Shown piece after piece: positions 56,822 through 64,000 of a stretch of 64,000 bases of DNA. The stretch's first letter is position 1. Each line of letters opens with the position of its first letter. Source of the stretch: a virus; IMG/VR virus record IMGVR_UViG_3300027509_000012; one strand, given 5' to 3'. Position numbers and translations under genes: made by a program. The notes beneath the pieces were generated by a model that worked only from the letters and a program-made list of their open reading frames with translations, was not told the DNA's origin and did no database searches.

Positions 56822-59800
56822 AGAACCTCTGTGTTTCTAATACCTTAACACCATAAACCGAAATCATTGATGTTTTAAGGAATTTTTCATATTTATTTTT
56901 TAATGATAACGCATCATTTAATATTAAAAAGAATATTCTATTAATATCTTCAGATTTAAATGTGTTATACATATTTTCCATTAACGTAACGATATCATCT
57001 GGCGTATCAAATGAATTTAACGTTAAGAAGCTTGATATATCAATACCAATAAATTCATTTTCCAAATTATTTAAATCTGCTAGTATTGTATTAATAGCTA
57101 TTGTACCATCAGTGAATGATTGACCAGTTTTAATCCCAAATCTAGTATCAGAACCAGTTTGTTGATCGTATATAGATCTATCAATGCTAGGAACTCTCAC
57201 AGAACTATCAGTTAGAGTATATCCAATCATACTTTCTGTGATTTTATCCCATAACTCTCTATCTACTTTAAAATTCTGGTGCTCTCTAAATAACTTCCAC
57301 TCTTTATGTAGATTTTTATTATTAATATCACTCGAAGAATCATCTTGAGTAAAATCCTTTCTGAATCTAACAGTATATCTATTTGATTCCGATATATACG
57401 ATCTGATGTTTCTAATAATCGCCTGCGTATAACGAGCTGGCAATACTGTAGAATCTGTTGCACGTTCAGATGTATATTCCAAAGATATATTTGAATCGAC
57501 AGGTAAATCAACCATTATATCAATATTTCTAGCAGTATCATCAAGTCTATATTGTGAATCAACATTAAGTTCGGTTCCATTAACCGACAGTTTAAAATAA
57601 ACTGGTGTTTCATCAGAAACATATTTTATAGGAACACTTAAATTCATATAAAGTCCACCAATGTTAGCTCTATTCGGTCTTATAGTAAAACCAGTCCCAG
57701 CACCAGTAGTGGAAGCCTGAGTCAATACTTGATGTTGAGTTACTAAGTCACCAGTATATGTGATAGTAAAACCATTAACTTTGCCAACCGGAACTAATGT
57801 TGTTATTTCTACTGTAGCACCGTTGGATAGAGTTACTTCATCACCAACTTCATAATTAGAACCAGTTGTGAATATTCCATTAAATCCAGAACCATCATAT
57901 TTAGATTGAGTATCTAATTGCAAAGCAGATACAGTATTTTCTCGTAGTTTTGTTGATACATTATCATTAAAAGATACTACATATTCTTCTGTTTCAACAG
58001 ATAATACTTTTGATCGAGCTACTGGCTTCTGTAGAACAATATAAGGATAATCTACATTGGACCATGTGTTTTCTATATTTTTTGGTGAAATATTTTTATT
58101 TCTAGATCTAGTAAGTTTATTTTTAACCCAGAAATAATAGTTTGTTATTTCAGAACCATTTTTATTGAATGATGTTTTTTCCGTGTATTCATAACCCACT
58201 TGAACAATCTCTAATTCGAGAGCAGTTTCAAGTTCTTCTTCAGTATATGAATGTTCGTGAAGTAAAACAACAGTATCTTTTTCTGTTAGACCATCTACGG
58301 TCACAACTAAATCAGCTTCGGGTACAGGCATTTCTATATTAGATGTTTTTAATATTCCATTAACAATGATATCATAGGTTCTAGTACCAAAAATCGGGCT
58401 ATTTAAAAAATCTTCATCTAATGGGAATTCAAATTCACCAGACGTTCCAGTTGAGACACCACTTTCTAATACAGTAAATTCTCTCACTTCATTTTTCAAT
58501 CTTTGTAATTCAAAAGGAACATCTACATCATCTGTTAAAACTTTACGATAAACAATTCTATCAGCATTACCAGATAGACGATTAAATTCTCTAATATCAG
58601 CATCACCTTCTTCAGCTTCCGCTATTTCATCGTATTCACTTGGATGTACTGGTGATTCAACCCATTCCCATGCAGTCAATCTAGAATTGTATGCTTGCTT
58701 ACCCCAGTAACGTAATCTATCATCTACATTAGAGAATACTGATTCGTCGTAATAAGGCATATAGCTTAATTCAGATGTATCTACCCAAATAGTTCCAACT
58801 TCATGTTTACCCCAGAAATCTTTGTTTATAAATTCATCAACTGGAGTTTCATCTATTATGTTGTCCAATTTAGTAGTTGTTGTTGCTGGATTGTATTCAG
58901 AGATTATATCAATAGCATTAATAATTAAAGTATTATACATACCACGAGCAGGATCGAATAGATTAAGATTACTAACAACCGTATCTGATTTATTGTCAAT
59001 CAATTTAGATGCATTGTTTGATTCGAAATTAGGCTGTGTTCCATACATAACTATTTTAGCAGACGTTGAAAAGAGTTCGTTGCTTTTAAAACGAACTGCA
59101 TTTGAATTAATTTGTAAGTAGTGCAAATCACTGATCAAAATAGAATCATTGTATGACACTTCGATTACATCCCCAGCAACTAAAGGTTTAGTAAATTTAA
59201 CTTTATCAGAAAATACAGTGGTGCCAGATGTATTTGTTGCTACATAATAATCTGTGGTTTCTTCTAAGATCAAACCATTTTTAACGACTATTACTGGGCT
59301 GGTAAATGGCAATACCTTATTTCGTATTGTCAAAGTATTAGTATCGACAGTAAAATCTGAGTCATCATATCGATCATACGCATCATAACCAAAATCAACC
59401 GTGATTATTAATTGATCAGATTTGAAATTGTGTATAATCAATGGTGCATCTTGAGATACTAATGATGTATTATCTAATTCAATAGATTTATTAGCTAATG
59501 ATTCAAAATACATTACCAATCCATTATCTGAAAGAGTTGCAAATTGATCGGGTTGGCGATACCAACGTTCATTGTCATTTATCGTAATTGGCGTGAATCC
59601 TACTTCAGATGTCAAATCAGTACCATCAGTAGCATCGAAAGAGATAACGTCATATGGGTTGTTATCGAGGCCGGGTGTGCTGATAGATGCGTTTTCAACA
59701 AATTCTAATTTAATATTGTTGTCAGTTACATCTTCAACACCCACAAATAGTTCTGGATATTCTTGTTCTTCAACCGAACCATACTCTGCTACTTCGTAAG

Positions 59801-62800
59801 CCCAAAATTCATCAAGCTTGGCGTCAATAAATTGCTTGGAATTTATAAAAGCATCTATAGAGCGAGTGGATCCTTTTGTTTGGATCAGTCCCTGCCAAAA
59901 TTGAAATTGAGATTTTTCATTAATATTTAAATCATTCAAATAATTTTCTGTTGAATTAATATCATAACCCAATGTTCTTTTTGCAAATGGTGCGAATCTG
60001 TTACTTTCATTTCGCGTAGGTGAACCATATGCTTCTCGTAGATCTGTTATAGATCGTTCTAAATTATCGAAAGTTTCTAATTTGTTAGTATTCTTGACTA
60101 AAGAACTACCACCAATATTAGGTCTACAAGTATTAGCTGTTTGTCTATTAAAATTCACACTCAATGTGTCTAGATTTAATCCAATAAATCCATCATAGAT
60201 CAATTTATTATCAATAGTATAGTTTTTGAATTCCACAACATGTTCATACGTGTCAATAAACAAAGTAGCAGCGCTTATATAATGATATTCTTCTACATTT
60301 ATTGGATCTAAAACGTTAGGTATAAATGAAAGATCAGATCGTAAATCATTTGCTAGAAAAATTTCTGTCTTTTTATCAGTTCTAGTGATAACCAAATCTC
60401 GAATACTTAATGGATCGCCATTTCTATCTAAGATTGTTTTTGCTATCTGAATATCATCAAAAGGACCACTAATTATATCCGACACAACTCCGTATGAAGG
60501 ATTAAACACTAGTTTATCCTTGAATGAGTTAACTTCTATTTGAGGATATTTTATTGTGTTTTCAACAGCAACATGCAATTCATACTTTTCTGCTGATCCG
60601 ATATCCAATAACGGAACCTCAACACCAAGCTCAGATCTAGTAGCTGAATTTGCTAAATTGAAAGTACCATCACCATTGTTAATAACATAATATGGAATTT
60701 TTTGTAAAAATGGAGTAGGCATATTACCATCAGTTGCAACAATATTAACTGGTGTGCTAGTTGGAAATGGTGTGCCTGTTACACCTAAGAATGACCAACT
60801 GCCATTTTCTACACTTGGCTTAATCTCATATAAATTATCTATTGTTCTATTTCTTAATAGATTTCTAGAGCTATAACAATAATTAATAAATTCTTCAATT
60901 TGACTTTGCCATTTATTAACGTTGTCCGAAAAATCAAACCCTTTTTCGGACAAAATCTTTACATAACCATCGATTAAATCTATAAAACTTTGAATGCCAG
61001 TTATGACGGTTGGCATTTTAAAGCTGTAAACACTTCTAGTATCTAACTTATAATGTCTCCAGTTTATAACTGTATTTTTACCGCCGTTTGCCATAAACGT
61101 ATTATTAAATTCACCTATGTGATGAACTTTATCACCAGAATTTATTATGTCTATTGGTAATAGAGCTGTAGCTGCTGCTAATGTCTCTGCCAACTGAAAT
61201 TGAGTGTCATTTATTTTAATAATAAAATATTGAACTGGTCCAATTCTACCAGTATCACCTAATAATGGAGCTGGTAATGTTCCGTTGGTTGTTAACCAAA
61301 CACTATCACCAGTATTCCACGGCAATATTCTATTATCTACGGTTATCAAATCATTGCCTGTAATGCCAACTGGAAGTTCGCGTACTTTTATCTGTGTTCT
61401 TTTCAAACTATCATTATAGTTTGATGAATCAATAGTAAATTCAACAGCACCATCATCAGATGATATAGTTTGACCATTTACTAATATATCAGTAATGTCT
61501 CCATCTACTTCTATTACTTGTTGGATTAATTCAATGTTAGCTATTTTATATTGGTATATGGTACAAGTGTTAGTTGTGGTATTAACATGAAATGGAAAAT
61601 TCAGGGTTGGATAATAATCAAACGTAACATTGTTAGATGATTTATTTGATAATTGTATTTTCCACTCAGATGAATTGTCGTTGTTTATTGATTTAGGTGG
61701 AATTGATATTAAAGTCGCAACCAGTCCTTGTGCAGAAATACTTTCAACTCCACTAGATTTCTTTATAAAGATATCATAATCTACATTTTGTTCAATATCT
61801 ACAGAATTGTTTGTTACATCAAATGTATTCACATCTATGAACGAATTGAATTGATATGATAATGGTGCAGTCCATGTTTTCCATAATTTATGGAAATTAG
61901 AAAAGTTAGTATCGATACCAGTATATCTATTATAGTTTATATACCATTGATTCAATCCGCGCACTTTAGTTAATTCATTATCTAAAATAGAACCATGAAA
62001 TGTTACACTTTTGTTTGATGGAACATTCTTTGTAGTCTTGTCTATCGACAATCCACCCATTGAAAGATATTCACCTCCAAAAGTATTCAATAAAAACTTT
62101 ATTGGGTTTTCTAGATAAATCTGAATAAGAGTACTATATAAATATTGAGAAGAAACTCTCCAGTCATATTCGTATATACTATTTTGTCCGAATGTATAAT
62201 CCGCATTGGGGCTTATTACATGCAAACTAAAATTATCAAATAATGATCTAGTTGTAGAAATCAAATCTAATGATTCAACTGCTGAATGATCAAAATATGG
62301 TGGTAATAGATCGTCTGGATTATAAAACACTACGCCATCATCTGAAATTGGTGCATCTGTTATGTTTACACTAAAATAGCTATACTTAACTACGCTTCCA
62401 CTAGAGCCATCAGAAGTATCTCCATTGGGGAGGTCTTTACCACTGGGAACTATACCCAATCGAATATTTTTCCACATTCCTTCATCAGAATCTTCTATAT
62501 GTCTCCATTTACGATTTCCATAAATTGATGGTTCATAATTTAAATATTCTTCATCCCACCACGCCGGTTTACTATTATAACCCTGTAATATCCACGGTTC
62601 TTGATTTGGATATGGAGTTCCATAAAATCTAAGATATAATCCCTTCCAATAAGCTGAAGATTCGGCACCAGTGTTATTGGTTGATGGGAAAACTCCCTTA
62701 TATAAAATCCCTGTAGCAGTACTAGTAACATCTTCCTTTACCGTAATTACAGTAGTTGACGATGTTTCTTCTACAGATTTAACAGTCCACTCACCATCAT

Positions 62801-64000
62801 TAGCTCCTGCATTTTTGATTGAAAATGTTGAACTTGTTGCGAATGATCCTGCGGTTAACTGATCCAATGTAAACGTATTGGTATCTGGGTCGGCAAAAAT
62901 CATATCGTAGCCGGTGCCGGGTATTGAATTGTAATAGTTCCAAGAAAATGCATCAATTGGACTATAGATAGAATTAGTAAACGGCAAATCAATATTCTGA
63001 TCATTAACATATTTCAAAAAATATGATTCTAAAAATGTATCTGTAGAAAGAGGAAAATCCTTTTCTTTACTTTGAGTAAAAAGATCTTGTTCGAATGATA
63101 ATATAGATTTAACCATTATTTCATTTACATCAACTATTTCCCACATAGAAATATCAGATGTCGCGATATCATCTCCAATGTATAATGCACCATCAGATAA
63201 TTCATTATCGTTTAGTTCCCATTTAGAACCATCTAATACATGAACCCAATCAGTTCCATCTGAGTATAGTAACGCTCCTAATTCTGTGTTTGTGTTAAAC
63301 CAAAATGTATCTTCTACTGGTGTAGGAACATTTGGTTGAATATAGTCAATTACTAATTGATATAAAACATCAGTAGCTGAATTATGCCAAAAATACTCAT
63401 TAGGTAGATTACTACCTATCTCAGATAATAAATCTTGATATAATTTAGGTGCATCGACAGTCTTAACAACTATTTTTTCTTTTTCTTGTAAAGCATCAAT
63501 TACATTTGATAATACTGTTGCTTTCTCTGCACCATTCATTATGTAATTAGTTCGATGACTATCGTGATGTGATAGTTCATATAATTGAATTGCTTTATCT
63601 ATGTTTAGATTAGGCTCTACAGGAGACACTATACCAAAATTTGGTAGTGTTGCAATCCAGTTTTTAGCTCCCGAAGTTGTATCTCCATATAAAAATTCTA
63701 AATTAGAATCTTCAGCATATAATTTTTTTGTAATATCAGATAACTTAGAAGTGGTATCGAAATTCCCAAGATCTTCAGTAATTGCCTGAACTAATGATTG
63801 AGTAGATATTTTTCTTACCTTATCTAACAAAATTTCATATTGAGTTTGAGCAAAGTCTATTAAATCAGGAACAATAACATTGTCTATGAATATAGATGAT
63901 AAGAACGTTGAGAAGTTATTATTGTATTGTCGAATTGTTCCACCACGACCGTAATCAATATTTTCTGCCTGTAGTGCATGAAATTGTGTTTGCTTATTAC
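56811..64000 (-). CDS. Very large baseplate-type structural protein, 5' truncated (>2390 aa)
   Basis: Frame stays open beyond 63830 to the window end; PWILQGY, FWQGLIQTKGS, YYFWVKNK. Confidence 0.75.
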   Translation of the reverse strand, partial: NKQTQFHALQAENIDYGRGGTIRQYNNNFSTFLSSIFIDNVIVPDLIDFAQTQYEILLDKVRKISTQSLVQAITEDLGNFDTTSKLSDITKKLYAEDSNLEFLYGDTTSGAKNWIATLPNFGIVSPVEPNLNIDKAIQLYELSHHDSHRTNYIMNGAEKATVLSNVIDALQEKEKIVVKTVDAPKLYQDLLSEIGSNLPNEYFWHNSATDVLYQLVIDYIQPNVPTPVEDTFWFNTNTELGALLYSDGTDWVHVLDGSKWELNDNELSDGALYIGDDIATSDISMWEIVDVNEIMVKSILSFEQDLFTQSKEKDFPLSTDTFLESYFLKYVNDQNIDLPFTNSIYSPIDAFSWNYYNSIPGTGYDMIFADPDTNTFTLDQLTAGSFATSSTFSIKNAGANDGEWTVKSVEETSSTTVITVKEDVTSTATGILYKGVFPSTNNTGAESSAYWKGLYLRFYGTPYPNQEPWILQGYNSKPAWWDEEYLNYEPSIYGNRKWRHIEDSDEGMWKNIRLGIVPSGKDLPNGDTSDGSSGSVVKYSYFSVNITDAPISDDGVVFYNPDDLLPPYFDHSAVESLDLISTTRSLFDNFSLHVISPNADYTFGQNSIYEYDWRVSSQYLYSTLIQIYLENPIKFLLNTFGGEYLSMGGLSIDKTTKNVPSNKSVTFHGSILDNELTKVRGLNQWYINYNRYTGIDTNFSNFHKLWKTWTAPLSYQFNSFIDVNTFDVTNNSVDIEQNVDYDIFIKKSSGVESISAQGLVATLISIPPKSINNDNSSEWKIQLSNKSSNNVTFDYYPTLNFPFHVNTTTNTCTIYQYKIANIELIQQVIEVDGDITDILVNGQTISSDDGAVEFTIDSSNYNDSLKRTQIKVRELPVGITGNDLITVDNRILPWNTGDSVWLTTNGTLPAPLLGDTGRIGPVQYFIIKINDTQFQLAETLAAATALLPIDIINSGDKVHHIGEFNNTFMANGGKNTVINWRHYKLDTRSVYSFKMPTVITGIQSFIDLIDGYVKILSEKGFDFSDNVNKWQSQIEEFINYCYSSRNLLRNRTIDNLYEIKPSVENGSWSFLGVTGTPFPTSTPVNIVATDGNMPTPFLQKIPYYVINNGDGTFNLANSATRSELGVEVPLLDIGSAEKYELHVAVENTIKYPQIEVNSFKDKLVFNPSYGVVSDIISGPFDDIQIAKTILDRNGDPLSIRDLVITRTDKKTEIFLANDLRSDLSFIPNVLDPINVEEYHYISAATLFIDTYEHVVEFKNYTIDNKLIYDGFIGLNLDTLSVNFNRQTANTCRPNIGGSSLVKNTNKLETFDNLERSITDLREAYGSPTRNESNRFAPFAKRTLGYDINSTENYLNDLNINEKSQFQFWQGLIQTKGSTRSIDAFINSKQFIDAKLDEFWAYEVAEYGSVEEQEYPELFVGVEDVTDNNIKLEFVENASISTPGLDNNPYDVISFDATDGTDLTSEVGFTPITINDNERWYRQPDQFATLSDNGLVMYFESLANKSIELDNTSLVSQDAPLIIHNFKSDQLIITVDFGYDAYDRYDDSDFTVDTNTLTIRNKVLPFTSPVIVVKNGLILEETTDYYVATNTSGTTVFSDKVKFTKPLVAGDVIEVSYNDSILISDLHYLQINSNAVRFKSNELFSTSAKIVMYGTQPNFESNNASKLIDNKSDTVVSNLNLFDPARGMYNTLIINAIDIISEYNPATTTTKLDNIIDETPVDEFINKDFWGKHEVGTIWVDTSELSYMPYYDESVFSNVDDRLRYWGKQAYNSRLTAWEWVESPVHPSEYDEIAEAEEGDADIREFNRLSGNADRIVYRKVLTDDVDVPFELQRLKNEVREFTVLESGVSTGTSGEFEFPLDEDFLNSPIFGTRTYDIIVNGILKTSNIEMPVPEADLVVTVDGLTEKDTVVLLHEHSYTEEELETALELEIVQVGYEYTEKTSFNKNGSEITNYYFWVKNKLTRSRNKNISPKNIENTWSNVDYPYIVLQKPVARSKVLSVETEEYVVSFNDNVSTKLRENTVSALQLDTQSKYDGSGFNGIFTTGSNYEVGDEVTLSNGATVEITTLVPVGKVNGFTITYTGDLVTQHQVLTQASTTGAGTGFTIRPNRANIGGLYMNLSVPIKYVSDETPVYFKLSVNGTELNVDSQYRLDDTARNIDIMVDLPVDSNISLEYTSERATDSTVLPARYTQAIIRNIRSYISESNRYTVRFRKDFTQDDSSSDINNKNLHKEWKLFREHQNFKVDRELWDKITESMIGYTLTDSSVRVPSIDRSIYDQQTGSDTRFGIKTGQSFTDGTIAINTILADLNNLENEFIGIDISSFLTLNSFDTPDDIVTLMENMYNTFKSEDINRIFFLILNDALSLKNKYEKFLKTSMISVYGVKVLETQRFFDD

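Noticed and set aside
54570-63789. Short ORFs nested in or antisense to the structural genes
   Set aside because: They overlap long, well-supported genes and have no SD or motif support
1-64000. Genome-wide TAG reassignment (code 15)
   Set aside because: Conserved and very long genes are intact in code 11, and frames after TAG-ending genes close quickly

Overview
AT-rich segment of a large lytic dsDNA myophage (jumbo, distantly T4-like), probably infecting a CRP-encoding Gammaproteobacterium (inferred). Bases 1-25 kb are accessory: many small proteins, HNH endonucleases, three tRNAs (Pro, initiator Met and a long-variable-arm amber suppressor with anticodon CUA), two divergent carbohydrate-active proteins, NADAR, RNA ligase, CCA-adding enzyme and MazG. 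Bases 25-54 kb hold nucleotide metabolism and replication genes: PhoH, ThyX, DHFR-like, Acb1-like 2H phosphoesterase, ClpP, primase, topoisomerase II subunit, a class II RNR split by a free-standing endonuclease, helicase, a split PolB with an intein, clamp and RNase H. Bases 54-64 kb hold virion structural genes. Main candidates for undescribed biology: (1) an amber-gated translational switch, made of the suppressor tRNA plus two CAT-TAG leader ORFs (one encoding an RGPP arrest motif), each linked to a predicted SD-sequestering structure; (2) CRP-box promoters at the class II position; (3) about 16 small proteins sharing a C-terminal LxxI/L tag; (4) widespread leaderless genes and promoter-overlapping SD hairpins; (5) a split RNR with charge-complementary helical ends. 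All calls come from reading the sequence by eye; no searches were run.
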